DNA from: Gemmatales bacterium
Lineage (GTDB): Bacteria > Planctomycetota > Planctomycetia > Gemmatales > HRBIN36
Assembly: GCA_041640595.1 (NCBI GenBank)
Contig: JBEPZY010000001.1
Location: 736,001-800,000, forward strand
Reading direction: 5' to 3'
DNA: 64,000 nucleotides
The translations under genes were made by a program, and so were the position numbers. The first letter of the stretch is position 1. Each line of letters starts with the position of its first letter. Under the pieces are notes generated by a model, which had not been told where the DNA came from, did not search any database, and saw only the letters and a list, made by a program, of their open reading frames with translations. Shown here in pieces: positions 50,679 through 61,441 of the stretch.

Positions 50679-51365
50679 ATGCGCTGGGTTCACATTGCCG
50701 CTACTTTGCTGCTGGGCCTGTGGCTTTGCGAAGCTGTCCATGCTCAGGACAAACCTCGCTTCCCATTCGCCGGGAGGCTCGGTGGAGGTGGCCGACTGTT
50801 CCTGCTCAGTCAGGAGTCCGTGCAGGCCGACCTGAAGCTTACCGACGAGCAAAAAGCCAAAATCCGTTCCTTACAGGAATCGCAGCGACAACTGTTCCAG
50901 GATTTACGTAATCTTGGCCGGGAAGAAGCGGCCAAACGGTTGCGCGAGCAGGCCGAGAAAACCGACAAAGAACTCGCCGCGCTTCTCAAGCCCGAACAGG
51001 CCAAACGCCTGCAGCAGATTCAACTGCAACTGAACCTGCGGCAGGGCAACTATCGAACCATCCTCACTGATCAGGACATAGCTGAGAAGATCGGTCTGAC
51101 TGACCAGCAGAAGGAAAAAATCCGCCAGCTTGATGCAGAGGCGGCCAAATTGCGCGAAAGTTTCCAGGCCGGTAACCGCGAGGAAATTTTCAAACGATTC
51201 AAGGAACTCAACAGCAAATACGAAAGCATTCTCACCGACCAGCAGAAGGCGAAGCTGAAAGAACTGGGTGGTGAACCGTTCACTGGCGAAATCCGTTTCG
51301 GTTTCGGTGGCGGTGGTCAGCCCGGCAAACCGCAATTCCGCCCCCGCAAACCGGCCAAACCGTAG
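50679..51365 (+). CDS. Spy/CpxP-like (LTxxQ motif) periplasmic protein
   Basis: Signal peptide; LKLTDEQK, LLKPEQ, LTDQQK (twice); GGAGG RBS. Confidence 0.75.
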   Translation: MRWVHIAATLLLGLWLCEAVHAQDKPRFPFAGRLGGGGRLFLLSQESVQADLKLTDEQKAKIRSLQESQRQLFQDLRNLGREEAAKRLREQAEKTDKELAALLKPEQAKRLQQIQLQLNLRQGNYRTILTDQDIAEKIGLTDQQKEKIRQLDAEAAKLRESFQAGNREEIFKRFKELNSKYESILTDQQKAKLKELGGEPFTGEIRFGFGGGGQPGKPQFRPRKPAKP

Positions 51366-51422
51366 AATACTATTGGGAAAGTCGCGGCAGACAGGTCAGT
51401 TTGCCGCATGCGCCGCACGCTG

Positions 51423-51459
51423 GGGAGAGACAGCGACAACTGCTGTCTCTCTCTTTTTT
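51423..51459 (+). terminator. Rho-independent terminator
   Basis: GAGAGACAGC/GCTGTCTCTC stem followed by TCTTTTTT. Confidence 0.85.
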
Positions 51460-51834
51460 GCGAAGCCACTATTTCTGCGTTATCCGCAATTGCCTCGGAT
51501 TGAAGGATAGGGCTATCAGATGCAGTTGAGATGTAGCTGGCTTCGCAACGCTAGCCTCGCATGGTTTGTGGATTGTTATTGTCTCAAACTGAAGTTGGAA
51601 AAGGCTCTGTGCTGTGTCGGAAACACACTGTTTGCGAATTGCTTTCAGTTGCAGATGAAGGCTACTTTACTTTCGCGGCTACTCGTCGGTTCCACTCCTG
51701 CGATGAGAGCGCTACAAAGGGTTGACGCTTCTATTCGTCTGGCAGGGCCGAGCGGTTCGTTGTAGAATGGGCGACATCGGTAACGTAGCCATATTCCCCG
51801 CGCTGGAGCCGGTTTCCATACGGAGCGCCCTGCC

Positions 51835-53523
51835 ATGCACGGAAACGATCCCCATTCGCTCGCCGAAGCCTCTTCTGCACTGGACAAAGCCACGCCCGCA
51901 CCGGCTGGCGGATGGTGGGGCCGATTACGCCGAGTTGTCGAATCCCATCCCCGCGGACTGTTTTTGCTGTTCTTCGTCGAGATGTGGGAGCGGTTCAGCT
52001 ATTACGGCATGCGGGCTATCCTGGTACCGTACCTGATCCGCGATCGCATGGATGCGATAAATCCGGGCCGGGGTTGGCCAGAAGGGCAGGCCAATTTACT
52101 GTACGGCTGGTACACAGGATTAGCCTATTTGCTGCCGCTCATAGGTGGTTTTGTGGCCGATCGTCTGCTGGGCACGCATCGCTCGGTTCTGGTCGGGGGA
52201 ATTGTAATCGCACTGGGGCATATTGTGCTGGCTATTTCCGGCTTGGACGGTCTGGCATTCTCGGAACTGGGCATGAGCATGTTTATCGCCGGGCTGGCCT
52301 TGATTGTCATCGGCACGGGCTATTTCAAACCCTGCGTTTCGGTCATGGTCAGCCAGCTCTACGAACCCGGGGACCCACGCCGTGATAGTGCTTTCACCAT
52401 TTTTTACATGGGTATCAATCTGGGGGCCTTGCTTTGCAACTACGTGGCCGGCACTCTGGGAGAGAAAGTCAACTGGCACATGGGATTCGGAGCCGCTGCA
52501 GTGGGAATGCTGGCGGGGCTGAGCCTGTACGTTTGGGGCAGGCCCCGGTATTTGCGTGGTATTGGCCTGCCTCCGGAAAAGTATCACGAGTGGCATTACG
52601 CCGCCGTTCAGGTTCCGTTGGCGGTTTTGCTCGCAGCTTTGGTGGGGGTGTTTTATCATATTGGCGGCTTCGGCTGGCTGGCCGACACTATCCGTGCGAT
52701 CTGGGAACATCCCTACGGCCATTACCTTTTGGCTTACGGCTCGGTTTTGTTAGCCCTGGCAGGTGCGGCCTGGCTCGTCGCTATTCAGCAACCGGGCGAG
52801 CGAGGGCTGACAGCCAGCATCCTGATCTTCATGCTCTTCAACGCCGTCTTCTGGATTGGTTTTGAGCAAGCTGGGTCCACGCTCAACGTCTTTGCCGAAA
52901 AGTTTACCGACCGTCGCGTACCCTTAGGGCCATTCGGACGTGTTTTCGGTACGCCCGAATGGGAAATGCCCTTTACCTGGTTTCAGTCGCTGAATCCGTT
53001 TCTGATCCTGGCGTTAGCTCCAGCGTTTGCTTGGATGTGGTCGGCCCTGGAAAAACGCGGCTGGAATCCCACGCAGCCGATGAAAATCTTCTGGGGACTG
53101 GTGTTGCTGGGCGTGGGGTACGTTTTCATCGTCATCGGAGCCTATTTGAACCATAAGCACGGCCAGCCTGTGTCTATGTTCTGGCTGACGGCCATGTATT
53201 TGTTCCACACACTGGGCGAGCTTTGCCTGTCACCGACCGGTCTGGCGTATGTGACCCGGGCGGCGCCCGCGCGTTATGTGTCGCTGCTGATGGGCATCTG
53301 GTTTATCTCCAGTTTCCTGGCTAATCTCGGAGGCGGCATCATCGCCAGTTACGTGGAAGAGGTGGAACGCGGCGAAATCAAGTTACCGTGGCAGCTTTAC
53401 GGCTACGAGCTGGGCGGGCGAGCGGATTACTTCGCCATGTTTGCTGTGGGAGCTTTTGCCGCCGCAGTGGTCATCCTGATTTTGACACCGATCTTCAAGC
53501 GCTACCTTGGCGTGAAGGAATAA
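51835..53523 (+). CDS. Proton-dependent oligopeptide transporter (POT/PTR family)
   Basis: EMWERFSYYGMR (ExxERFxYY), FYMGINLG, FEQAGS, FQSLNP, GELCLSP. Confidence 0.93.
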   Translation: MHGNDPHSLAEASSALDKATPAPAGGWWGRLRRVVESHPRGLFLLFFVEMWERFSYYGMRAILVPYLIRDRMDAINPGRGWPEGQANLLYGWYTGLAYLLPLIGGFVADRLLGTHRSVLVGGIVIALGHIVLAISGLDGLAFSELGMSMFIAGLALIVIGTGYFKPCVSVMVSQLYEPGDPRRDSAFTIFYMGINLGALLCNYVAGTLGEKVNWHMGFGAAAVGMLAGLSLYVWGRPRYLRGIGLPPEKYHEWHYAAVQVPLAVLLAALVGVFYHIGGFGWLADTIRAIWEHPYGHYLLAYGSVLLALAGAAWLVAIQQPGERGLTASILIFMLFNAVFWIGFEQAGSTLNVFAEKFTDRRVPLGPFGRVFGTPEWEMPFTWFQSLNPFLILALAPAFAWMWSALEKRGWNPTQPMKIFWGLVLLGVGYVFIVIGAYLNHKHGQPVSMFWLTAMYLFHTLGELCLSPTGLAYVTRAAPARYVSLLMGIWFISSFLANLGGGIIASYVEEVERGEIKLPWQLYGYELGGRADYFAMFAVGAFAAAVVILILTPIFKRYLGVKE

Positions 53524-53597
53524 GTCGGACGGATTCGATTCGTGAGCCGATCGGTGCTTCTTGCGGCCGGTCGGTCGTCCCTGGGGAGGTCCAAGCT

Positions 53598-54965
53598 ATG
53601 CAGCAGGAAAGCGCGGTGTCAGGCTTATCCGCCAGAACGACGCCGGAGGATTTGAATGTTTATCGCATGTCCGTGCAACAGCTCGAGCGTGCTCTGCGGT
53701 ATTTGCCTACCATCAAGAAAGGCTTGATTGATTTCCTGAAACGACCAGCGCGGTCCATCATCGTGGAATTTCCCATCGAGATGGAAGATGGTTCGGTGCA
53801 AACATTCACGGGATATCGGGTTTTGCACAGCCGTGTGCGCGGGCCAGGGAAGGGCGGCATTCGGTATCACCCGGACGTCAATCTCGACGAAGTGCGGGCC
53901 CTGGCTGCCTGGATGACCTGGAAATGCGCCGTCGTAGATATCCCTTATGGCGGTGCCAAAGGGGGCGTGGCCTGCGATCCGAAAAAGCTGAGCGAAACAG
54001 TGCTCCGCCGCATCACCCGCCGGTACATCTCAGAGCTGGGCGACAATATCGGTCCGTTCGAGGACATTCCCGCTCCCGATATGTACACCGACGCCAAGAC
54101 CATGGCCTGGGTCTACGACACCTACCAGATGATGCATCCTGGGCGAAATAACCTCCCCGTCGTCACCGGTAAGCCCGTAGATCTCGGCGGCTCATTAGGC
54201 CGACGCGAGGCCACAGCCCGCGGCTGTTTGTTTGCTGTCCAGCGCGCCCTGGCACGTGGAATACTGTCCGGGCTTACCTCAGTCCAGGGGGCTGGCGTGG
54301 TGATCCAGGGATTCGGTAATGTCGGGGGTATCGCCGCACAACTCTTTCACCAGGCCGGTGCACGTATCCTCGCTGTGAGCGATTCCACCGGGGGCATTGT
54401 CAGCGAACGGGGCCTCGACCCGGATGCCGTCTGGCGACACAAGGAGAAAAACCGCACTGTCCAGGGCTTTCCTTCAGCACGCAACATTACCAACGCTGAG
54501 TTGCTCGCTTTGCCGTGTGATATTCTCATTCCGGCGGCGATGGAATGCCAGATTCGTGCCGACAACGCCGACAAAGTCCGCGCCCGAATGATTGCGGAAG
54601 CCGCGAATGGCCCGACCACGCCTGCCGCAGATGACATTTTGTTCGCCCGGGGCATCCCGGTACTGCCGGACATTCTCGCCAATGCCGGTGGCGTTACCGT
54701 CAGCTATTTCGAGTGGGTGCAGAACATCGAAAACGAGCGCTGGGAGGAGGAAGAAGTCAACGAAAAACTTCGCGTCAAAATGGAACGCGCTACCGATGCA
54801 GTGCTGGAGAAACAGCAGCAACTCAACCAGCGCGTAGCCCGTGGCGAACTCGTTGGCCAGGACGGACAGACGATTCGTCAGCCCGCCGACTTGCGGATTG
54901 CCGCTCTGGTGCTGGCGGTCGAGCGGGTGGCAAATGTCGCTCTGGAACGCGGCATCTGGCCTTGA
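53598..54965 (+). CDS. gdhA: Glutamate dehydrogenase (Glu/Leu/Phe/Val dehydrogenase family)
   Basis: GPGKGGIRYHP, MTWKCA, GGAKGG, DIPAPD, VTGKP, QGFGNVG, EAANGP, NAGGVTVSYFEW; GGGAGG RBS. Confidence 0.92.
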   Translation: MQQESAVSGLSARTTPEDLNVYRMSVQQLERALRYLPTIKKGLIDFLKRPARSIIVEFPIEMEDGSVQTFTGYRVLHSRVRGPGKGGIRYHPDVNLDEVRALAAWMTWKCAVVDIPYGGAKGGVACDPKKLSETVLRRITRRYISELGDNIGPFEDIPAPDMYTDAKTMAWVYDTYQMMHPGRNNLPVVTGKPVDLGGSLGRREATARGCLFAVQRALARGILSGLTSVQGAGVVIQGFGNVGGIAAQLFHQAGARILAVSDSTGGIVSERGLDPDAVWRHKEKNRTVQGFPSARNITNAELLALPCDILIPAAMECQIRADNADKVRARMIAEAANGPTTPAADDILFARGIPVLPDILANAGGVTVSYFEWVQNIENERWEEEEVNEKLRVKMERATDAVLEKQQQLNQRVARGELVGQDGQTIRQPADLRIAALVLAVERVANVALERGIWP

Positions 54966-54970
54966 TTGGC

Positions 54971-55765
54971 TCAGCGTCTTCGTCGCCTCTGCATCTTCTG
55001 GTAATTCGCCAGCATCAGCTCGCATACTTCCTCAGGCGAATCGCAAACTCGGAACAAGCGCAGTTCCTCGGCCGAAATATTGCCGGCAGAAGCTACTGTG
55101 TTTTTCAGCCATTCGACCAGACCGCCCCAGTATTGCGAGCCGAACAGCACGACGGGAAACTCGCGCAGCTTGCCCGTCTGAATCAGGGTCAGGGCTTCGA
55201 ACATCTCGTCCAGTGTGCCATATCCTCCGGGAAACAGCACGAATCCTTCAGCATACTTGGCAAACATGGTCTTGCGGACGAAAAAGTAATGGAACTCGAC
55301 AGCAATGCGGACGTAAGGATTGAGCCGTTGCTCGAACGGAAGCTGAATGTTGCAACCGACCGAGACGCCCCCAGCCTCGACCGCACCCCGATTGGCTGCT
55401 TCCATAATGCCCGGCCCGCCACCGGTGATGATCGCGAATCCCGCCTTGGCCAATAGTCGAGCCGTTTCCCGGGCCGCTTCGTACATGGGATGTTCTGGTG
55501 GCGTGCGTGCCGAACCGAAAATAGACACGGCTGCGGCAATATCCGCAAGTCGGTTGATCCCGTGGACAAACTCGCCGGCAATCCGCCACACTCGCCACGG
55601 ATCCTCGCGCGTGAATCGCCCACGCCGTCTGTCCAACGGTCGCGGTCGCACCCCACGCACGCGTTGCAGCAATAACTCATCTTCAGTCGGCCCGTGGACG
55701 TTAGTTTCAGGGACGCCACCCTGTTCATTCGCTTCGTCCGACCTCGAATCACTCGTCCTCGCCAT
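54971..55765 (-). CDS. LOG family nucleotide monophosphate nucleosidase (TIGR00730)
   Basis: FGSAR, TGGGPGIMEAANRGA, YFFVRKTMF, PGGYGTLDE. Confidence 0.9.
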   Translation of the reverse strand: MARTSDSRSDEANEQGGVPETNVHGPTEDELLLQRVRGVRPRPLDRRRGRFTREDPWRVWRIAGEFVHGINRLADIAAAVSIFGSARTPPEHPMYEAARETARLLAKAGFAIITGGGPGIMEAANRGAVEAGGVSVGCNIQLPFEQRLNPYVRIAVEFHYFFVRKTMFAKYAEGFVLFPGGYGTLDEMFEALTLIQTGKLREFPVVLFGSQYWGGLVEWLKNTVASAGNISAEELRLFRVCDSPEEVCELMLANYQKMQRRRRR

Positions 55766-55977
55766 CGCCTTGCTCTCCCGGTTTGTCTGAATCGTTGTCA
55801 TCGGGAAACGCTGCACTGATTGAGCGGAATAGACACGGATACTGTAGCGAGATGGTTACGCAAACGGGTTGCTTGTTCGCGCCTGGCCATATTTTCGGCA
55901 GAAAAAAGGGGGCCACTCTGGGTCAGGTTTTCGTTACAATAGGCCAGAAAACTGCGTCAACACAAGGGAGCAAGGCT

Positions 55978-57249
55978 ATGCGTATCCTGGAACGGCTAAT
56001 CGCGCCGGCAGTGTTTAGCTGGTGTATCTGGTCTCTCGCATGGATTTCCGCCCAGGAAACCAGTAGCAAACCGGCGCAGCCTTCCATCCGCTGGCAAAAA
56101 ATGGTACTCGACCGCAAATTCTGGTCCGAAGGTGTGGCGGTTGCCGACGTCAACCGCGATGGTCAACCCGACGTCATTGCGGGTGATGTCTGGTACGAAG
56201 CTCCGCAATGGAAACGACACTTTCTACGACCGGTACAGCGCCGCGATAAGGGTAACCCGGACGATGGTCACGATCCGCTCAATTACAGCAACAGTTTCGG
56301 CTGTTTCGCGGATGACTTCAACGGAGACGGCTGGCCCGACGTAATCATCCTGCCATTTCCTGGCGAACCGTGTTACTGGTACGAAAACCCGAAAGGGCAG
56401 GGGGGTTATTGGAAGCCGCATCTGGTCTGGCGTAGCGCTTGCAACGAGACGCCGCAATTCGTTGACCTCTTCGGGGATGGGCAGCGTCGGTTGATTATGG
56501 CCATCCAGCCCGAAGGGCAGATGTGCTGGTTTGAGATTCCGAAAGACCCTACTCAGCCGTGGATTCCTCACGCTATCAGCGAAAACAAAGCTCCTGGCAC
56601 GGAACGATTCTCGCACGGGCTGGGAGTAGGCGACGTCAACGGCGATGGCCGACTGGATGTGATTGTGACCGCCGGTTGGTGGGAACAGCCACCCGAAGGA
56701 AAACACCATACCAAACCGTGGAAGTTTCATGCTGCCAATCTGGGTGGCCCTTGTGCGGACATGATCGTTTACGATGTGGATGGCGATGGGCTGCGTGATG
56801 TGATTAGCAGTTCGGCTCACGGTCGCGGCATCTGGTGGCATCGGCAGTTACCGGATTCGCAAGGAAGCCGCTTTCAACAGCACGATATTTACACCGGCTT
56901 CACGCAAACTCACGCCATCGTTTTCGCCGACATCAACGGCGATGGCCGACCGGACATCGTCACCGGCAAACGCTGGTGGGCACATGGCCCCAAAGGTGAC
57001 AAAGACCCGCTTGATCCAGAAGAACCGAATCGCCCAGCCGTGCTATACTGGTTTGAGATAGTGCCGCCCGCTCCAGGCGCCAAAAACGACAAGCCTGGGC
57101 GACCGCGTTTCATACCGCACCAGGTGGATGACGATTCGGGGATTGGTACACAATTCGTGGTCGCCGACATCAACAACGACCGCCTGCCGGACATTGCGGT
57201 CGCCAATAAGAAAGGCGTGTTCATCTTTCTGCAAAAGCGGGAACCCTGA
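55978..57249 (+). CDS. Secreted FG-GAP/VCBS repeat beta-propeller protein
   Basis: Repeated D[VIF]NxDGxxD calcium-binding loops; signal peptide. Confidence 0.88.
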   Translation: MRILERLIAPAVFSWCIWSLAWISAQETSSKPAQPSIRWQKMVLDRKFWSEGVAVADVNRDGQPDVIAGDVWYEAPQWKRHFLRPVQRRDKGNPDDGHDPLNYSNSFGCFADDFNGDGWPDVIILPFPGEPCYWYENPKGQGGYWKPHLVWRSACNETPQFVDLFGDGQRRLIMAIQPEGQMCWFEIPKDPTQPWIPHAISENKAPGTERFSHGLGVGDVNGDGRLDVIVTAGWWEQPPEGKHHTKPWKFHAANLGGPCADMIVYDVDGDGLRDVISSSAHGRGIWWHRQLPDSQGSRFQQHDIYTGFTQTHAIVFADINGDGRPDIVTGKRWWAHGPKGDKDPLDPEEPNRPAVLYWFEIVPPAPGAKNDKPGRPRFIPHQVDDDSGIGTQFVVADINNDRLPDIAVANKKGVFIFLQKREP

Positions 57250-57277
57250 TCACGCAAGGGCCGTCCAAGGAATAGCC

Positions 57278-57508
57278 ATGCTCAATCCGGAATTGCTCAA
57301 AATCCTCGTCTGTCCGCTGGGCAAGGCTGAGTTACGCCTGGAAGGTAATTTTCTCGTCTGCACGCGCTGCGGACCACGCTTCGGCATCAGCCGCGAAGGG
57401 TATCCGAATATGCTCATCGAAGAAGCGGAATTGCCACCTGGCATAACGCGGATCGAAGATTTGCCCTGTTACCGTGAAGCCCTGAGTCGGCACCAGACGC
57501 ACGGATAA
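57278..57508 (+). CDS. Trm112-like (UPF0434) small protein
   Basis: ELLKILVCP..K..L......LVC..C...F.I..GYPNML.EEA pattern. Confidence 0.8.
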   Translation: MLNPELLKILVCPLGKAELRLEGNFLVCTRCGPRFGISREGYPNMLIEEAELPPGITRIEDLPCYREALSRHQTHG

Positions 57509-57536
57509 ACCTTCCAGCATGGTCAGGAGCGGAGAT

Positions 57537-58427
57537 ATGAGGAATGGGAGAATTTTGCCTAGCCTGATCGGGCTAACCACACTGGCCCTCGTTGTAAGCC
57601 AGGCAGCGCAGGAGCAAAAAGAGAAACCAGCCCCGCTCAAAATTGTCAACATGGAACGGCTCAACAGCGAAGCGGATGAATGCTATCCCAGCATGGGGCA
57701 GGAAGGCCTGACTTTCTTTTTCTGCCGACGGTACAGCCAGGGAGATTGGGACATTTACCAGGCGACACGCCCGGCCTTGCGGGGTCCATTCGAGAAACCT
57801 GAGCCAGTTGTCGAGGTCAACAGCAAAGCGGATGACATCAGCCCCATAGCTGTGCGAGATGGCGCGGGGCAATTTCTCTTTTTCGCCTCCAAACGGGGTG
57901 GGGGCAGCTTCGACATCTACTTCACGCGGCGATTGCGATTGAACGAGCCATTTCAGAGAGCTGCCGTAGCTGCTTTGCCGCCCAACATTGACACCCCCGA
58001 GGATGAAGCTGACCCGTGGATCACTGTCAGCCAGCGGGAGATGTATTTCAGTCGCCGGGGCGAAAATGGCTGGCAGGTTTTCCTGGCAACAGGGAGTCAG
58101 CAGCGCAATTTCACGAAAGTGCAAAAATTGCCGTTCGACGGCGGTTTTGCACGACCGACGCTGACGCCGGATGGCCGGCTGATGTTTTTGCAAGGCAAAC
58201 TGCCCGATGGCCGCTGGGGTTTGTTTTACGCTCGCCGGAATGCGACCGGTCAATGGGGTCAGCCCGTTCCCATCGAGGAATTGAACGATCATCCCGGCAA
58301 AGAAGGAACGCTTGCCCCGGCGCTAAGCTGGGACGGAGTTTATCTGTTTTTCGCTTCGGATCGGCCCGGCGGCAAGGGCGGCCTGGATTTGTACTGGGTC
58401 GAGGTCAAACATCTCAATCTGAAGTAA
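57537..58427 (+). CDS. Secreted PD40 (TolB-like) beta-propeller protein
   Basis: LNSEADE.YP, LFFASKR, PALSWDG.YLFFASDRPGGKGGLDLY repeats. Confidence 0.8.
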   Translation: MRNGRILPSLIGLTTLALVVSQAAQEQKEKPAPLKIVNMERLNSEADECYPSMGQEGLTFFFCRRYSQGDWDIYQATRPALRGPFEKPEPVVEVNSKADDISPIAVRDGAGQFLFFASKRGGGSFDIYFTRRLRLNEPFQRAAVAALPPNIDTPEDEADPWITVSQREMYFSRRGENGWQVFLATGSQQRNFTKVQKLPFDGGFARPTLTPDGRLMFLQGKLPDGRWGLFYARRNATGQWGQPVPIEELNDHPGKEGTLAPALSWDGVYLFFASDRPGGKGGLDLYWVEVKHLNLK

Positions 58428-58546
58428 ACCGGCCTGCTTTCGTCAGGGTGACCCGACGCTGTTGCCAGGATTTCGCGGCGCTGAGCACCGGTATTAATTT
58501 AGCGGGAAAGGGCAGAGCAGCTCGCAGGGCCATGACGCCGGGCAGG

Positions 58547-60037
58547 TCAACTCTGCGGCGGGTAGCGGTGAGCCAATTCCACCAGGGTACGCACACCGAA
58601 GCCGGTGCCGCCTGGGTCACGGGTCGGGCCATCATCGCTGGCCCAGGCAGGCCCGGCAATATCCAGGTGTGCCCAGGGTTTGTCCGCGACGAAATGTTCG
58701 AGAAACTTGGCCGCCGTGATCGCCCCCGCATAGCGGCCACCGACGTTTTTGACGTCGGCGACGTGGCTGCGCAATAGCTCTGCATATTCTTTGAACATAG
58801 GCAACGGCCAGACCTGCTCACCGGCTGTAGTAGCGGACTCTCTTACGCGCTGGGCCCAGGTTTCGTTATTGCTCATCAAGCCAGCCACTTCAGTTCCCAG
58901 AGCCACCATGCAGGCACCGGTCAAGGTGGCCAGGTCGAGCAAATGCTCGGCGTTCTGCTCCACCGCGTAGCACAGGATGTCGGCGAGAATCAAGCGGCCC
59001 TCGGCATCGGTGTTGAGGATTTCTACGGTTTTGCCGTTGCGTGCTTTTAAGACATCGCCCAGTTTCAAAGCCTGGCCGCTGGGCATGTTTTCCACCAGCG
59101 CGAGCAATCCCAGGACGTTCACCGGTAAGCGAAGTTCAGCGATCGCCTGCACCGCTGCCAGCACCGCTGCTGCCCCGGCCATGTCTCCTTTCATATCCTG
59201 CATCTGCTCGTTGGTTTTCAATGAAAGACCGCCGCTGTCGAAGGTGACGCCTTTGCCCAATAAGGCCAGCGTCGGTTTATCGCCACCGTTGCGATAACGC
59301 AGAATCACGACCCGCGGTGGTCGTGCAGAACCCTGAGCCACGCCGAGCAGGCAACCCATTCGCTCAGCCAGCAACTGTTTTTCGTCCCAGATGGTACATT
59401 CGATGCCCGCGGATTGGCAAACCAGTTCGGCGCGGCGGGCAAAAGTTTCCGGATACAGATCACACGGAGGCTCGTTGACCAGGTCGCGGGCTAGCTGAAT
59501 AGCGCGGCCTTCAGTTTCCACTCGCCGTAATGTCGCCGTTGCAACTTCGCCAGGGGCCTGGGAAGGAACAATCAGCCAGGTTTCCTCCGGCGGATGACGA
59601 TCCGGTTGAGTTTGGCGGATACCTGGCCCTCGGTACGCGGCATAAAGTCCCGTCCCCAGACCCAGGATCATGTCGGCCCAGGTGAGTTGTCCAACTGGTT
59701 CGGGAATGGCCAGGGCAATCCGATGGTGCTTCCGAGAAGAGACGTATTTCCCCGCAGCAAAGCCGGCACGGTAAAGCGACCGCCGATCCAGCTCTTCGGC
59801 TTTACCCAGTCCCAAGAGCAAAACGCGTTTGGCCGAGCCATAAGGTCCCGCAAAGAGCGGCACCGTTTCCGCCAGTTTTCCCCGCGCATCCCCGCTTTCA
59901 CGCAGCCGCGTCAATAGCCCATTCGCCAGCTCATTGAACTCCTGCGCAGCACTACCGGTCGCATCTTCCAGCACCGGCACAATCAGCCAGTCTGCTTCAA
60001 TTGGCCGCAGCGAACCGCTTACGCAAGTCCAGCGCAT
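58547..60037 (-). CDS. pepA: Leucyl aminopeptidase (M17)
   Basis: GKGVTFDSGGLSLK, MKGDMAGAA, NTDAEGRL, DLATLTGA, WAHLDIAG. Confidence 0.95.
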   Translation of the reverse strand: MRWTCVSGSLRPIEADWLIVPVLEDATGSAAQEFNELANGLLTRLRESGDARGKLAETVPLFAGPYGSAKRVLLLGLGKAEELDRRSLYRAGFAAGKYVSSRKHHRIALAIPEPVGQLTWADMILGLGTGLYAAYRGPGIRQTQPDRHPPEETWLIVPSQAPGEVATATLRRVETEGRAIQLARDLVNEPPCDLYPETFARRAELVCQSAGIECTIWDEKQLLAERMGCLLGVAQGSARPPRVVILRYRNGGDKPTLALLGKGVTFDSGGLSLKTNEQMQDMKGDMAGAAAVLAAVQAIAELRLPVNVLGLLALVENMPSGQALKLGDVLKARNGKTVEILNTDAEGRLILADILCYAVEQNAEHLLDLATLTGACMVALGTEVAGLMSNNETWAQRVRESATTAGEQVWPLPMFKEYAELLRSHVADVKNVGGRYAGAITAAKFLEHFVADKPWAHLDIAGPAWASDDGPTRDPGGTGFGVRTLVELAHRYPPQS

Positions 60038-60212
60038 AGTTGGATTCCTCATTTCCTGAAGTTGAGGCTTAGCAGATCGGCGAACTGACGCAATTGCGCG
60101 AGCAAAGCAGCAGTTGCTAGCTGTTATACAAGCTAACCCATCACGACACCAAGGGCGAATAGTCGAGGGCAGGGCAGCGATTACGCCATTTCCAGCGGCA
60201 GAATTTTTCGGC

Positions 60213-61412
60213 TCAGCGACCACCCGGCTTGCTCAACTGTTCGTCGAATTTGAGCAACTCCTCAACATCACGGACACGGTTGGGTTCCTGCTTCCGGCGC
60301 TCCGCCAGGAATGCCTGAGCCAGTTCAGCAGGTTTTCCCTGAGCTTGTTGGGCGCAGGTGAGAGCGTAACGCAGAATAGCACGCTGGCAGATAGGCACAT
60401 TGTGCGAGGGCTGAGTGTACAGAGCCAAAATTTGCTCAGCAAACTCCCAGCGGTGCCATTTGCGGAGATCCTCGATGACCAGGTCGGCTATGTCTGCTTG
60501 CTTCAACAGCTTCGCCGCACTTGCCAGTAACGCTTCCTGTTTCATGCCGGGAGCGGGATTGTCCCAGAAGTAGCGCACCGCCCGGAGTGCGGCATAGCGG
60601 CGTGTGAATTCTTCCTTTTCGTTGCTGAGAATCTGGTCTATCGCTTTCAGGCCCTCTTCGGGTCGCAGCAAGGTCAGCCCCGTCAGCACGCCGTCCAGTC
60701 CAGAAACAATGTCGCGTTCACGGTTGTGGACTAATTCCAGCAGCACCGCAGCATCCTCCGCCTGGCCACACAGTCCCAGCAAGAATGCGTAAAAGCCATA
60801 ACGGAGCGCCGGTGTCTCCTTGTTGCGCAGCCAGGCGATAAGCTTGCGGCGCAGGTAATCGCGATCGCTGCTACGCACCCATGCCAGCACATCGGCCAGG
60901 CTGGTGTTGCCAAACTCCTTGTAGGCATCCACGCTGATTTCCGGATCGGGATGATCCAGATATTCGAAAAACACTTTGAGGCGTTCGGGCTGCTTGGCGT
61001 CTTTCACCTCAAGCACTTTTTGCATGTAGGTCACCAGTGCCTTGTCCTTCACGGGGATGCCGCGGAACGGGTCGAGCTTACCCATAAACATGTCGAAAAA
61101 AACGATAAAGCGAATATCCTGCTGGTTTCCGGTAGGCACGTATCGAGGCAGGGTGATGATTTTCTTGCCCTGCAAATACTCGTGGGGTTTGATGACGGTT
61201 TCGATGACCAGATCGGTCGTGCCGGTACCTTCCTGAGCGTCGAGCAGGCGGGCATTGGTCAGTCTGCCGTGAACAACGAAGCTCGCCTGCTCGAGCTCCT
61301 TAGCCAGCGTTACGCCCTGAGCACTGCAAAACGGACAGCCGCGGACTGTTCCCTGCAGCCCGACCGTCAGACTCAGGGCTAGCGACAAGCTCATGAGCAT
61401 CGTTCGTGGCAT
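60213..61412 (-). CDS. Secreted protein with N-terminal CPFC motif and helical (HEAT-like) C-terminus
   Basis: AGGAG RBS; signal peptide followed directly by CPFC; last gene of the metal-permease operon. Confidence 0.7.
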   Translation of the reverse strand: MPRTMLMSLSLALSLTVGLQGTVRGCPFCSAQGVTLAKELEQASFVVHGRLTNARLLDAQEGTGTTDLVIETVIKPHEYLQGKKIITLPRYVPTGNQQDIRFIVFFDMFMGKLDPFRGIPVKDKALVTYMQKVLEVKDAKQPERLKVFFEYLDHPDPEISVDAYKEFGNTSLADVLAWVRSSDRDYLRRKLIAWLRNKETPALRYGFYAFLLGLCGQAEDAAVLLELVHNRERDIVSGLDGVLTGLTLLRPEEGLKAIDQILSNEKEEFTRRYAALRAVRYFWDNPAPGMKQEALLASAAKLLKQADIADLVIEDLRKWHRWEFAEQILALYTQPSHNVPICQRAILRYALTCAQQAQGKPAELAQAFLAERRKQEPNRVRDVEELLKFDEQLSKPGGR

Positions 61413-61441
61413 ATCTGGTCTCCTTTTGCGACATTGGCTGG

